Assembly: GCA_036149055.1 (NCBI GenBank)
Contig: JAYZQJ010000209.1
Span: 1-64,000, forward strand
Direction of reading: 5' to 3'
Source of the DNA: Myxococcota bacterium
Lineage (GTDB): Bacteria; Myxococcota_A; Polyangia; Polyangiales; Sandaracinaceae
Length of the DNA stretch: 64,000 nt
Part shown: piece after piece, positions 28,483 through 38,456 of the stretch
How positions within the stretch are numbered: position 1 is the stretch's first letter
Layout: the number at the start of each line of letters is the position of its first letter
Translations under genes and position numbers: made by a program
The notes under the pieces: generated by a model
The model's input: only the letters and a program-made list of their open reading frames with translations
Told to the model about the DNA's origin: nothing
Databases searched by the model: none

Positions 28483-29058
28483 TCAGCGGTCGCGAAGGCC
28501 CTTGCCGGCGAGGATCTTCGGGACGTGCTGGGCGACGCGGCGGGCGCGGGTGCTGGACTGCTTGGCCCCGGCGACGTGCAGGTTGTAGGCGCGCTGCCGG
28601 CCCGGGGTGAGCGCCTCGAACGCTGCCTTCAGGGCGGGGTCGGCGTCGAGGCGCTCCTGCAGCTCGGGCGCGAGGACCGCGGCCGGGCGCTCGGGGAGCT
28701 GCAGGCCCTCCGCCTCGACCTGGATCGCCGAGCGGACGAGGGCGCGCACGACGGCCTCTCGCTCCTCCACCTGCGCGACGCTGGTGAAGCAGAGGCGGCG
28801 CGCCGAGCGGCTGTTCTCGCCCTGCGACTCGAGCGCGCCCTCCGGATCGTCGAGCAGCGCGCCCTTGAAGAACATCAGGGCGAGGAAGCGCTTCATGCGC
28901 TGGAGGATGGCGATGTTCTCGCCGTCGTGCGTGTAGCAGGGCTTGCGCCACTTGAGCGCCTCCTCGAGCCCCTCGCTCCGGAGGATGGCGCGGAGCCGCA
29001 GGGCCTCGTCCCGCCAGCGATCGGCGTCGGCGAAGCGGGCGTCGAGCTCGTCGGTCAT
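28483..29058 (-). CDS. YdeI/OmpD-associated family protein
   Basis: LKWRKPCY, FFKGALL, FEALTPGRQRAY, AKQSSTR and GKGL motifs. Confidence 0.88.
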   Translation of the reverse strand: MTDELDARFADADRWRDEALRLRAILRSEGLEEALKWRKPCYTHDGENIAILQRMKRFLALMFFKGALLDDPEGALESQGENSRSARRLCFTSVAQVEEREAVVRALVRSAIQVEAEGLQLPERPAAVLAPELQERLDADPALKAAFEALTPGRQRAYNLHVAGAKQSSTRARRVAQHVPKILAGKGLRDR

Positions 29059-29076
29059 GGCGAGCAGCCTAGCAGC

Positions 29077-29370
29077 TCAGGCCTCCGCGAAGCGACGCTC
29101 GAGGCAGACGTAGTGGGCGTCCCAGAGCGCCGCGAAGGCCTCCCGGCGGGCCCGGCCGAAGAGGGCCTCGGGGGCCTCGAGGTCGTGCAGCGCGGCCAGG
29201 CGCTCGCGGATCCCGGGGTCGGTCTCCAGCAGGCTGCGAGCCTCGTGCTCGTCCTCCTTGCTCTTGGCGCGCAGCCAGAGGAGCTCGCGGCGCGTCTCCC
29301 CCACGCCGAGGATGCGGAGGAACACGCGCATGTAGGGATCGGCGGTGTTCGGGTCGTGCAGGTGGGTCAT
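29077..29370 (-). CDS. Hypothetical protein
   Basis: 97-aa ORF with GC3-biased codons. Confidence 0.55.
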   Translation of the reverse strand: MTHLHDPNTADPYMRVFLRILGVGETRRELLWLRAKSKEDEHEARSLLETDPGIRERLAALHDLEAPEALFGRARREAFAALWDAHYVCLERRFAEA

Positions 29371-29527
29371 GGCGCCACGGACGCGGACGCCTCACCCGGA
29401 CTGACGGAAACGACGAGATCGTGAACGCGCCCCCGCCCGATCTGTGAACGCGGGTTGGGGGACGGGGCGTTTGGGCCTGGCCAGAGGGCTCGGCATGGTT
29501 CCTGCGCCAACCGTGGTCGTGGACTTC

Positions 29528-30280
29528 GTGCGCATCCTCGGTCTCGCGGGCTTCTTCGGAGCGGGCCTCGTCGGCGCGCTCTACGCCGGCGCGCACGACC
29601 TCGGCTCGGAGCCGGTGGCGAGGGTGTCGATCGTGTCGGTGCGCCCGCCCGAGCCCCCGGCGTCCGCGCCCCTGCCCGACGCGCCCGTCCCCGAGGGCCA
29701 CGAGGTCTCGGACGAGATGGCGGAGCTGCTCGACGCGCACGCGGAGGTCGTGGACCCGGAGACCGGCGTCCGCCTCGGCGCGCTGTCGTTCGTGCCCCGG
29801 GCCGAGGAGCCCGAGCCGGAGCCCGCCGCCCGGCCTCGCCCTCGCCGGCGGACGCCCCCCGCGCCCCCCGTCCCGCGGCTCCACCCCGATCCGGGCATGC
29901 ACGTGATCCTGACCGCGCGTCGCATGATGCAGCGCGGCGAGGCCGTCCGCGGCTCTTGCTATCGCTACCTCGCCGAGGTGTTCACTCGCGCCGGTCACTC
30001 GAGCTGGCGCACGCGGAGCGTCGTCTACCAGGGCGACCGCGACGGCCCCTACGCGAACCTGGGCCTGATCCGCCCCGGCGACTGGCTCTACATCGTCAAT
30101 CACCCGGACCGCACCCCGGTCGGCACCCACAGCGTGCTCTTCGTCTCGTGGAGCGACCGGTCCCGCGGCTACGCGAACGTCATCGAGCACCCGGGCGGCG
30201 GCTCGGCGACCGCGGGCCGCAACCGCACCTACGACGTCTCCCGCACCTACCGCATCGTCCGGCCGATCGTCTCGCGCTGA
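29528..30280 (+). CDS. Exported protein with NlpC/P60-like Cys/His catalytic domain
   Basis: N-terminal hydrophobic helix, Pro-rich linker, GSCYRYLAEVFTRAG, PGDWLY and THSVLF. The start is uncertain (track 29444). Confidence 0.6.
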   Translation: MRILGLAGFFGAGLVGALYAGAHDLGSEPVARVSIVSVRPPEPPASAPLPDAPVPEGHEVSDEMAELLDAHAEVVDPETGVRLGALSFVPRAEEPEPEPAARPRPRRRTPPAPPVPRLHPDPGMHVILTARRMMQRGEAVRGSCYRYLAEVFTRAGHSSWRTRSVVYQGDRDGPYANLGLIRPGDWLYIVNHPDRTPVGTHSVLFVSWSDRSRGYANVIEHPGGGSATAGRNRTYDVSRTYRIVRPIVSR

Positions 30281-31059
30281 CCGGCGGGCTCGCCGGTGCC
30301 CATGAGGTGATCCCAGACCACGAGCGCCTCGCCGAAGTTGATCGACGCGTCGGCGTGGTGGCGGTTGTGGAAGGCGGAGGTGTTGAGCCCGAGCCGGGGG
30401 AGGGTGGCCTCGACGAGCCTCGAGGCGACGCCGCAGTGGAGGTAGAGGTTCAAGGTCACGAACCCGCCGACGAGCCCGAAGTAGACCGGCGCGTAGTGCG
30501 GCGCCCAGGGGAACGAGAGCAGCACGATCGGCCAGAATGTGAGCACCGACTCGACCGCGCCGACCGCGAACGAGGAGAACGACGTCGGGTCCTTGTAGCC
30601 GTGGTGCGCCCGGTGGAAGCGGAAGAGCCAGCGGGTGTGGAGCAGCCGGTGCTTCCAGTACAGCCAGGCGTCGAGCGCGACGATGCCGAGCAGGTTGCCC
30701 AGGAGCAGCGGCCCGAGCCCTCCCGCCTCCTCGAGCGTCCACACCAGCCCCGTCGCCCGGCCGGCCCAGAGCGACGACAGCGGCCACGCGAGGAAGCACG
30801 CCGCCACGAACGCCGCGCCCATGGTGTCCCGCGCGCCGCGCCAGGCGAAGCGAGGGAGACGCCGCGGGCCCTGCAGCCGCTCCTCGCGCCGCTCGGCCAG
30901 CCAGGTGACGAGCGCGGCGCCCGACAGCACGACGCTCACGATCCCGACGAAGCCGACGGCCAGCGCCGCGTAGAAGAGCGCCGGGCCGGCCGGGCTCGCG
31001 AGGCCGGAGGCCAGGAGCGCGGCCAGGACCGCGCGCTCGATCAGACGAGTCGCTTTCAT
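30247..31059 (-). CDS. Sterol desaturase / fatty acid hydroxylase family protein
   Basis: His boxes YWKHRLLH, FHRAHH, LYLHCG and FHNRHH..NFG..WDHLMGT. Confidence 0.9.
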   Translation of the reverse strand: MKATRLIERAVLAALLASGLASPAGPALFYAALAVGFVGIVSVVLSGAALVTWLAERREERLQGPRRLPRFAWRGARDTMGAAFVAACFLAWPLSSLWAGRATGLVWTLEEAGGLGPLLLGNLLGIVALDAWLYWKHRLLHTRWLFRFHRAHHGYKDPTSFSSFAVGAVESVLTFWPIVLLSFPWAPHYAPVYFGLVGGFVTLNLYLHCGVASRLVEATLPRLGLNTSAFHNRHHADASINFGEALVVWDHLMGTGEPAGQRETIGRTMR

Positions 31060-31076
31060 GTCTCCCCCCTTGCGAT

Positions 31077-31093
31077 CGTTACACCGTGTAACG
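31077..31093. promoter_or_regulatory. Perfect palindrome CGTTACAC-C-GTGTAACG, candidate TetR operator
   Basis: Lies between the divergent desaturase and TetR genes. Confidence 0.7.
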
Positions 31094-31148
31094 GAGTGCA
31101 TGACACATCGATTCTTCGGTGGGAAGGGGGATGCGGTAGCCTCGACGC

Positions 31149-31760
31149 ATGGCGCGCCGGCAGAGGAGGGCCCGGGTCCCGGCCGCGGAGCGCCGCCGCC
31201 AGCTGATCGGGGAGGCGTCGCGCATCCTCACCGAGGAGGGGCTCGAGCGGCTGCAGATCAGCGCCCTGGCCGAGCGGGCCGGGGTCTCGCGCCCGCTCGT
31301 GTACCGGCAGTTCCCGACGCGGCACGCGCTGATCCGCGCCGTGCTCGAGCACTTCACCGCCGCGATCGACGCCCGCTTTCACCAGGCGCTCCTGCGCGCC
31401 CTGCCCGACGCGACCCTCGAGAGCGTCACGACGGCGTTCATCGACGCCTGCTGCGACGTCATCGAGGACGAGGGCGCCGGCCCGTGGCTGCTCCTCGACG
31501 CGCGCGGCAGTGACCCCGAGGTCGCCCGGGTGGGGCGCGAGGCGTTCAGCGGCCTGCTCGGGCCCTGGCAGGAGCAGCTGCGCGCGTTCACCGGCACCGA
31601 CGCCAAGCGCGCCGCGAACCACCTCTGGATCATCGTCGCGGCCGGCCGCGCGGCCCTCGGCGGCTGGATCGACGGCGCGCTCGAGCGCCCCGACGCGGTC
31701 GCGGACGCCACCCGCGCCGTCACCGCGCTCCTCGCCGCCTTTCGAAGCCGCGCCGATTGA
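31149..31760 (+). CDS. TetR family regulator
   Basis: LQISALAERAGVSRPLVYRQFPTR. Confidence 0.9.
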   Translation: MARRQRRARVPAAERRRQLIGEASRILTEEGLERLQISALAERAGVSRPLVYRQFPTRHALIRAVLEHFTAAIDARFHQALLRALPDATLESVTTAFIDACCDVIEDEGAGPWLLLDARGSDPEVARVGREAFSGLLGPWQEQLRAFTGTDAKRAANHLWIIVAAGRAALGGWIDGALERPDAVADATRAVTALLAAFRSRAD

Positions 31761-31822
31761 ACGCAAGCCCTCTGGCGGCCCCGGCCTTGGCGTAGCGGGC
31801 GCGTCGCGATACGACGGGGGCA

Positions 31823-33802
31823 GTGGCCTCCCCTCGCGCGACGCCTGCGCTCCTCCTGGCTCTGATGCTCGTCGCCTGCGGCGCCACGCCGGCGGCGGAG
31901 CGCCCCCGGCCCGCGCGCGTCGCGCCCGCGTTCGACGACGTCCCGGTGGCGCCGCTGGAGCGACAGCTGGGTCAGCTCGTCGCGGACCTCCAGCGCTGCG
32001 GCGAGGTCGACCTGTCGGGCTTCGAGGGGCTGTACCGGTCGCCCGATCCGGGGCTGGCGGCGCTGCAGGTGGAGGGCAACCGCGTGCGCTTCGGCGTCGG
32101 CGCGTCCTACCGGGACGGCGCCCCGCCCTACGGGCGCCACGAGATCTGTCCGGCCGAGGTCCTCGGAAGGGACGACGACGAGCTGCTCGCGCGCGCGGTG
32201 AGCCACACGCTCGAGGACGACGAGGCGCACGTGACCTACGTCTACCTCCGGCGCGAAGGCGACACCCTGGTGCTCGCGATCGGCGACGACCGCGAGGCGC
32301 TGCGAGAGACGACGCGGTCGACGCGGATCGACGCGCCGCTCCCGGGGTTGGACTTCCGCCCGGGGGCGCTGCCGGAGCTCGACGCCTTGCTGCCGAGCCA
32401 TCCGCTCGAGCGCGAGCCCGGCGAGTGCCCGGAGGGCTCCAGTACGCTGGAGGGAGAGTTCGCGCTGCAGCTCGGCGAGAGCCGCTTGCCGGAGGCGCCG
32501 ACCCCGCTCCTCCGGGAGGTCCAGCGCGCCGCCGTCGCGCGTCGATTCGGCGTGCTGCGGATGACGCCGCGGCGCCTCGAGGGAGGCGGCCGGGTGGCGA
32601 TGTGCCTCGGCGACAGCCGCACCGTGGAGGGGGAGACGCTCGTCCGCGGCCACGCGGGAGAGCGAGGCTGGACGGTGCGCGCCCGGCAGGAGGGCGACCG
32701 CCTGATCGTGCACTTCGTCCCCGACGGAGGGGCAGCGGGGCCGAGCCGGCTCGTCTACCGGCGCACCGCGGAGCGCGCCTTCAGCCTGCTCCACGAAGAG
32801 CAGGAGTGGTTTCCGCTCGAGATCCTGGGGCTCGACGCCGGCGTCGCGGTGGCGCATCGCGGCTCGCTCGGCCCGCCACTGCTCACCCGGGACGGAGGGC
32901 GGACCTGGGCGCCGTTCGACCCCGGCGTGGAGGGTCAGCTCGGAGACGTGATCGCGCACGGCGGCGCCTGGTACGCGACGGTCGGCGGGGCGGTGCTCCG
33001 GAGCGAGGACCGGGGCGCGCGCTTCGAGCCGGTCGCGGAGCTGTCGCCCGAGGTCGGCACCTTCCGCGTCGCCGTGCCTGGAGGGGAGGCCATCTACCAC
33101 GGGCTGCGCGAGGCTCACCTCGTCAGCGCGGGCGACGCGAGCCTGTGGATCGTCCGGGCCGCCGAGGTCCTCGAGCTGAGCGCGGGCGGTCTCCGGACGC
33201 TGTGGAGCCTGGAGCGAGGCACCTTCGTGATGCCGTGGTCCCCGCCGTACGTCCGAGCGACGCCCTCGCCGGGGGGGATCTGGCAGGCGGCGTCCGACGG
33301 CCGGCGGATACACCTCGTCGAGCTCGCGTTCGGCGCGTCCGCCTTCGAGCGGGTCCCCGACGTCCCGCCCGACGTCGCCGGCTTCGCCTGGCTCGGTCGC
33401 GACCTCGTGGTGGTGCGCCGAGGCGGCTGCGAGGCGATGATCCGCGCCCACGGGACAGCGGAGTGGACGCCCTTCGCGCCAGCCACGCCGGGGCAGGAGG
33501 CGACCGGCGTGGTCGCCTCGCCGACGGATCCGCGCGGCCTGATCGTCGCGTGCGAGGAGGCCGTGCCCGGCCCGCCCGCCAGCTCGCAGATCCTCCGGCT
33601 CACGCCGGGTGTGCGCGAGGTCCTCTTCGACTTCTCCTCGCTGGGAGAGCGCCTGGACCATCGGCCGCCGCTCGGCCCCCCGGAGGTCGTGGGAGACGAG
33701 GTGTGGTTCCCTCAGCTCCACGCGACGCCGACCCTCTCGGGCGTCGCCATCGGCGCGGACGGCGCCGCGCGGATCTTCACCGTGCCGGCGCCTGGACGGT
33801 GA
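31823..33802 (+). CDS. Lipoprotein with BNR/Asp-box beta-propeller repeats
   Basis: LVAC lipobox, TRDGGRTW and RSEDRGARF. Confidence 0.7.
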   Translation: MASPRATPALLLALMLVACGATPAAERPRPARVAPAFDDVPVAPLERQLGQLVADLQRCGEVDLSGFEGLYRSPDPGLAALQVEGNRVRFGVGASYRDGAPPYGRHEICPAEVLGRDDDELLARAVSHTLEDDEAHVTYVYLRREGDTLVLAIGDDREALRETTRSTRIDAPLPGLDFRPGALPELDALLPSHPLEREPGECPEGSSTLEGEFALQLGESRLPEAPTPLLREVQRAAVARRFGVLRMTPRRLEGGGRVAMCLGDSRTVEGETLVRGHAGERGWTVRARQEGDRLIVHFVPDGGAAGPSRLVYRRTAERAFSLLHEEQEWFPLEILGLDAGVAVAHRGSLGPPLLTRDGGRTWAPFDPGVEGQLGDVIAHGGAWYATVGGAVLRSEDRGARFEPVAELSPEVGTFRVAVPGGEAIYHGLREAHLVSAGDASLWIVRAAEVLELSAGGLRTLWSLERGTFVMPWSPPYVRATPSPGGIWQAASDGRRIHLVELAFGASAFERVPDVPPDVAGFAWLGRDLVVVRRGGCEAMIRAHGTAEWTPFAPATPGQEATGVVASPTDPRGLIVACEEAVPGPPASSQILRLTPGVREVLFDFSSLGERLDHRPPLGPPEVVGDEVWFPQLHATPTLSGVAIGADGAARIFTVPAPGR

Positions 33803-34778
33803 GCACCACGTTGCCGACCTTCCGGCCCGTCTCGACGTAGCGGTGGGCTTCGGCTGCCTGCTCGAGCGGGTAGCGGCGGTCGATCACCGTGCGGAGGACG
33901 CCGGACTCGAGCAGCGCGCCGACGCGGGCGAGGTCCTCGGAGGTCCAGAGGAAGTTCGACGCCGCGCCGAGCACGCGCACGTCGCCGAGCCAGCGGCTCC
34001 AGAGCATCGCGAGCATGGCCGCGGGGCCGAAGTCGGTGAGCAGGTAGCGGCCGCCCGGGGCGATGACCCGGCGGGTGGCGCCCAGCGCGGTGGCCCCGAC
34101 GGTGTCGAAGACCACGTCCCAGCGCTCGCCGCGCGCGGTGAAGTCCTCGGCCCGATAGTCGATGACCGCGTCGGCGCCGAGCGCGCGCACGAGGCCGGCG
34201 TTCTTGGCGCTGCAGACGCCGGTGACGTGGGCGCCGAGGTGCCGGGCGAGCTGGACGGCGGCGGTCCCGACCGAGCCCGACGCGCCGACCACGAGCACTC
34301 GCTCGCCGACGCGCAGCCGCGCGAGCTTGGTGAGGTAGGCGTAGGCGGTGAGCGCGCCGTTCGGGGTCGCCGCGGCCTCGTCGAAGGGCAGGGCGTCGGG
34401 CTTTCGCGCGAGCACGCCGTCTTGCGGGACGCAGCAGTGCTCCGCGCAGGCGCCGAACCGGAGCCCCGTGTAGCCGAACACCGCGTCCCCCACCGCGAAG
34501 CGCGTCACCGCCGCGCCCACCGCGTCGATCACGCCGGCGACCTCGAAGCCGAGGATCCGCTTTCGCGGCCGCGGCCAGCCCATGAGCACGGCCAGCGCCG
34601 GGCGCATGAGCCACGGCCAGGAGAAGCTCCGCTGCCGCGGATCCTCGGCGGTGACGGTGGTCGCGTGCACCCGGATCCGGACCTCGCGCGCGGCGGGCTC
34701 GGGCTTCGGGACCGCCGCCTCCCGCAGCACGTCTGGAGGGCCATAGCGATCGAACACCAGCGCGCGCATCGTCTCCAT
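33777..34778 (-). CDS. MDR family NAD(P)-dependent oxidoreductase (quinone reductase-like)
   Basis: YGPPDVL, GASGSVGTAAVQLA, VIDY and AHRYVETG motifs. Confidence 0.92.
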   Translation of the reverse strand: METMRALVFDRYGPPDVLREAAVPKPEPAAREVRIRVHATTVTAEDPRQRSFSWPWLMRPALAVLMGWPRPRKRILGFEVAGVIDAVGAAVTRFAVGDAVFGYTGLRFGACAEHCCVPQDGVLARKPDALPFDEAAATPNGALTAYAYLTKLARLRVGERVLVVGASGSVGTAAVQLARHLGAHVTGVCSAKNAGLVRALGADAVIDYRAEDFTARGERWDVVFDTVGATALGATRRVIAPGGRYLLTDFGPAAMLAMLWSRWLGDVRVLGAASNFLWTSEDLARVGALLESGVLRTVIDRRYPLEQAAEAHRYVETGRKVGNVVLTVQAPAR

Positions 34779-34823
34779 GCCCGGCCCTACGCGCGAGCGT
34801 CGGCGCGTATGTCGGGCGGGGGA

Positions 34824-35612
34824 TCAGAAGGCGCCGCGGAGGCTCGCGCCGCAGAGGGTGGGGGTGCAGGCGGCGCCGACGGTCGGAGCGTCGTCGCCCC
34901 CGGGGGTGAGCAGCCACCAGAGCGCGCCGGCGGCGGCGAAGAGGGCCGAGGCGCCGAAGAGGAGGTCGGAGGTCAGGGTCAGGGCGACGCCGGTGTCGAT
35001 GTCGGCGCGGGCGTCGGGAGGGCAGCGGCCGCTCGCGTCGCAGCGCTGGGACACCGAGCCGTGCAGGTCGAGGGCGACGACGCCGGTGACGATGGCGGCG
35101 ACGAGCGAGGCCCCGGCGACCCCGAGGAGGATGGCCGGGCCGACCGGCGTGGGCGCCGACCTGACGGGCTCCGGCAGTATCGGCTCCGGCGGGGCGGGCT
35201 CCGACGGGGCGGGCTCCGGCGCTGCGGGCGGGGGCGGCTCCGCGACCGACTCCGGGTCGGCCTCGCTCGCGGCGACGCGCTCGCGCAGGTTGCGGACCCG
35301 CACCCTCAGCGTGGCGGCGTCGGGCGCGTCGGGCTCGGCCTGGAGATAGGCCTCGAGGCTGTCGGCGGCCGCGGCGAGCTGTCCGGCGAGCTCCTGGGCG
35401 CGGGCCACGTTGAGCAGGAGGTGCGCGCGGCCGGAGAGCGCGTGCGCGCGCTGGAACTCGGCCGCGGCCTCCTCGTAGCGGCCGAGCTCGAACAGCTCGA
35501 CGCCGGCGTCGTGATGGGCGCGCGCGTCCTGGGCGTGGCCGACGGTAGGCGCGAGCAGGAGCGTGGCCACCAGGAGTCCGAGTCCGGCGCGGCGGGGCTT
35601 CATCGGCCGCAT
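34824..35612 (-). CDS. Secreted TPR protein with C-terminal TM hairpin and beta-strand end
   Basis: Signal peptide ending GHA|Q, GVELFELGRYEEAAAEFQRA, and ends GASLRGAF. Confidence 0.8.
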   Translation of the reverse strand: MRPMKPRRAGLGLLVATLLLAPTVGHAQDARAHHDAGVELFELGRYEEAAAEFQRAHALSGRAHLLLNVARAQELAGQLAAAADSLEAYLQAEPDAPDAATLRVRVRNLRERVAASEADPESVAEPPPPAAPEPAPSEPAPPEPILPEPVRSAPTPVGPAILLGVAGASLVAAIVTGVVALDLHGSVSQRCDASGRCPPDARADIDTGVALTLTSDLLFGASALFAAAGALWWLLTPGGDDAPTVGAACTPTLCGASLRGAF

Positions 35613-35635
35613 CGTCTCCGCGCCGCCGCTCGCGA

Positions 35636-37132
35636 TCAAGGATCGAAGGGCACCAGCACCTCCGGCTCGCGGGCCGGGCGCCAGTCCTCTTCCTCCCCGG
35701 TCGGCGCGGGCGCGCTCGCACCGGAGCGCGGTCGGGGACGCCGCGCGGCGCGGCGGCGCCTCGGGGGAGCCTCGGTCGGCGCGTCGGCTTCGTCCACCGC
35801 GTCGACGGTGTCGTCCACGGTCTCGTCCGCGGCCACGTCGGCGGCGACGGCTGCAGGCGCCTCCGGCGAAGGCTCGGGGCCGGGCGCGCTCGGCGACGCC
35901 GCGGGCGGCGGCGACGGAGCGGTGGGAGCGGCCGCGTCGCGCTTCCACTCCAGCGCGAGCCACCCTCCGGCCCCGAGGGACACCGCCGCCGCGAGCCCGA
36001 GCCCCAGCGCGATCCCGGCGCGAGAACGCCGCCCGACCTCGGGGGGCGTCACGATGGGAGGCTCGGAGGCCGCGCGGGTGGGCGCGTCGACGAAGCTCGG
36101 CGTGGCGACGCGGGGGGGAGTCGGGGCGACCGGGAGCGCCTCGGGATCCTCCTCGAAGCCGTCGAGCACGACCGCGAGCCCCTGTCGCATCGCGGCCGCG
36201 CTCTCGATCCGCGCCGCCGGATCGATCGCCAGCCCCTCGGCGAGCGCCGCGCCGAGCGCGTCGGTCAGGTCGGGCCGCAGCGTCGTCAGCGGCCGGGCCG
36301 GGCGGGTGCAGACGCGCACCACGAACTCTTCGTAGGAGCAGGCGTCCTCGTGGGGCAGCTCGCCGGTGAGCATGTGGAAGAGGACGGCCGAGGCCGCGTA
36401 GACGTCGGCGCGCTCGTCGGCGGTGCCGGCCGAGAGGAACTGCTCGGGCGAGCCGTAGCCAGGGGTGCCCATGCCGGCGCCGGTGCGCGTGAGCGGGGCC
36501 TGCTCACCGCGGGGGATCTTGCTGATGCCGAAGTCGACCAGCCGCACGAAGTCGCGGGACCGCGAGCCGTCGGCGGAGGTGCCCTCGAGCATGATGTTGG
36601 CGGGCTTGATGTCGCGATGGACGATGCCGGCCGCGTGCGCCGCCTCGAGCGCCTCGAGCACCTGGTCGATGATGCGCGCTGCCCGGCGCACCGGGAGGCG
36701 GCGGCGCGCCTGGAGCAGGTCGTGGAGCGAGCAGCCGTCGATCAGCTCGATGGCCAGGAAGCACACGTCGCCCTCGGTGCCGCCGTCGTAGACCTCGACG
36801 ATGTGCGGGCTCCCGATGGCGGCGGCGGCGCGCGCCTCGCCGAAGAAACGCTCGATGGAGGTGCGCGTGTGTCGCCGATCGCGGTGCAGGATCTTGAGCG
36901 CCACCCGGCGGCCGACGACCTGGTGCTCGGCCTCGTAGACGGCCCCGAAGCCGCCGCCCCCGAGCCAGCGGACGAGGCGATAGCGGTCGACCGTCGTCCC
37001 GAGCAGCCCCGGCGCGTCCATCGGCTGGAAGGTGTTCGGGCAGAGCTCGGGGTCTCCGCGGTGGCCGTCGTCGGCGGGGTCGGCGCCGCAGTGCGGGCAG
37101 CGCGGCGGCGGGCTCGGCTCGGGGGACGGCAT
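35636..37132 (-). CDS. Membrane Ser/Thr protein kinase
   Basis: GGGGFG, VALK, HRDIKPAN, DFG and GTPGYGSPE. N-terminal CPHC and a TM segment. Confidence 0.93.
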   Translation of the reverse strand: MPSPEPSPPPRCPHCGADPADDGHRGDPELCPNTFQPMDAPGLLGTTVDRYRLVRWLGGGGFGAVYEAEHQVVGRRVALKILHRDRRHTRTSIERFFGEARAAAAIGSPHIVEVYDGGTEGDVCFLAIELIDGCSLHDLLQARRRLPVRRAARIIDQVLEALEAAHAAGIVHRDIKPANIMLEGTSADGSRSRDFVRLVDFGISKIPRGEQAPLTRTGAGMGTPGYGSPEQFLSAGTADERADVYAASAVLFHMLTGELPHEDACSYEEFVVRVCTRPARPLTTLRPDLTDALGAALAEGLAIDPAARIESAAAMRQGLAVVLDGFEEDPEALPVAPTPPRVATPSFVDAPTRAASEPPIVTPPEVGRRSRAGIALGLGLAAAVSLGAGGWLALEWKRDAAAPTAPSPPPAASPSAPGPEPSPEAPAAVAADVAADETVDDTVDAVDEADAPTEAPPRRRRAARRPRPRSGASAPAPTGEEEDWRPAREPEVLVPFDP

Positions 37133-37203
37133 CCGAACGGTTCACCATAGCACCGTCGTCGCTGACGCGAGGCCGCCGGTGCGGTAGCGTCGCTCGCTGC
37201 TTC

Positions 37204-38439
37204 ATGGAGAGGGTCGTACAGAAGCTCGCCGGCGCCGCCGCGCTCGCGCTGATCGCCACCGGCTGCTCGTGTGTCGCCGACTTCCGCTCGTTCGAGGTCG
37301 AGGTCGAAGGCGACGGCGGCGCACCCGTCGACGCCGAGGCGGACGGAGGCGGGGGGCTGGCGTACGACGCCATCGTGGCCGGCGACGAGCACTTCTGCGT
37401 GCTCTCGGCCGGCGAGGTCGCGTGCTGGGGCGACAACCGCCGCGCGCAGGTGAGCCCGTCCGAGGCGCTCTTCTTCGACGCGCCGGTCCCGGTCTCGCTC
37501 GGGGGCCTGGCCATCGCGCTCGCGGCCGACGGAGACCGCAGCTGCGCGGTGCTGAGCGACCGCCGCGTCTGGTGCTGGGGCGCCGGAGTCGGGCTCGTCG
37601 TCGGCGGAGACATCCTCCCGACGCCGACCGACATCGGGCTCTTCGACGTGAGGGCGCTGACGATCGGCGGCGCCCACGTCTGCGCGCTCCACACCGACGG
37701 GAGCGTCTCGTGCCGCGGCGACAACGGCGAGGGGCAGCTCGGTCGCGGGGATCGCGAGGGCTCGGACGCGCCGGTGACCGTGGCCGGGCTCGAGGCCTCG
37801 CAGATCGCCGCCGGCGGGAGCCACAGCTGCGCGCTGCTCACCGATCGCACGGTCCGCTGCTGGGGCGACAACGTCCGCTTCGCGGCGGGCGGCGAGAGTC
37901 AGGGCGACTTCCTCGAGCCGGGGCCGCGGCTGGCGCCGAGCGAGGGGACGCCGCTCGACGACGTCACCGCGATCCGCTGCGGCGAGGGCGCCTGCTGCGC
38001 CGCCTCGTCCACCGTGTCGTCGCGCGGCGTGTACTGCTGGGGCGACAACGAGTGGTCGGTGCTCGGCCCGTCGGTGCCGCGCTCCGAGGGCTCGAGCCGC
38101 AACGACAGCGGGCGGCCCCTGCTCGCGCTGGCCGGGGAGACCGAGGCGCTCGACCTGCACGACGCGGTCTGCGCGGTGCAGGGCGGAGAGGTCTTCTGCT
38201 GGGGCTCCACCACCTTCGGGCAGCTCGGCGACGGCATCCGCCTCGACCTCGCCGTCCGGGCGGCGCCGGCGGCGGTCTCCGGGCTCCCGCCCGTCCAGGA
38301 CGTCGCGGTGGGGCTCTCCCGGGCGTGCGCCGTCGCCGGCGACGCGATCTGGTGCTGGGGCACCGTGCGACGGCTCGGCGACGCGGGCACCTTCGAGGAG
38401 GTCCGCTTCGACGCCGAGCCGGCGCGCCTGCCGCGCTGA
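37204..38439 (+). CDS. RCC1/BLIP-II repeat lipoprotein
   Basis: Repeated AG..H.C.L..G.V.CWG.N..GQLG motifs and an ATGC lipobox. Confidence 0.9.
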   Translation: MERVVQKLAGAAALALIATGCSCVADFRSFEVEVEGDGGAPVDAEADGGGGLAYDAIVAGDEHFCVLSAGEVACWGDNRRAQVSPSEALFFDAPVPVSLGGLAIALAADGDRSCAVLSDRRVWCWGAGVGLVVGGDILPTPTDIGLFDVRALTIGGAHVCALHTDGSVSCRGDNGEGQLGRGDREGSDAPVTVAGLEASQIAAGGSHSCALLTDRTVRCWGDNVRFAAGGESQGDFLEPGPRLAPSEGTPLDDVTAIRCGEGACCAASSTVSSRGVYCWGDNEWSVLGPSVPRSEGSSRNDSGRPLLALAGETEALDLHDAVCAVQGGEVFCWGSTTFGQLGDGIRLDLAVRAAPAAVSGLPPVQDVAVGLSRACAVAGDAIWCWGTVRRLGDAGTFEEVRFDAEPARLPR

Positions 38440-38456
38440 CGCGCTACCCTTCGCGG

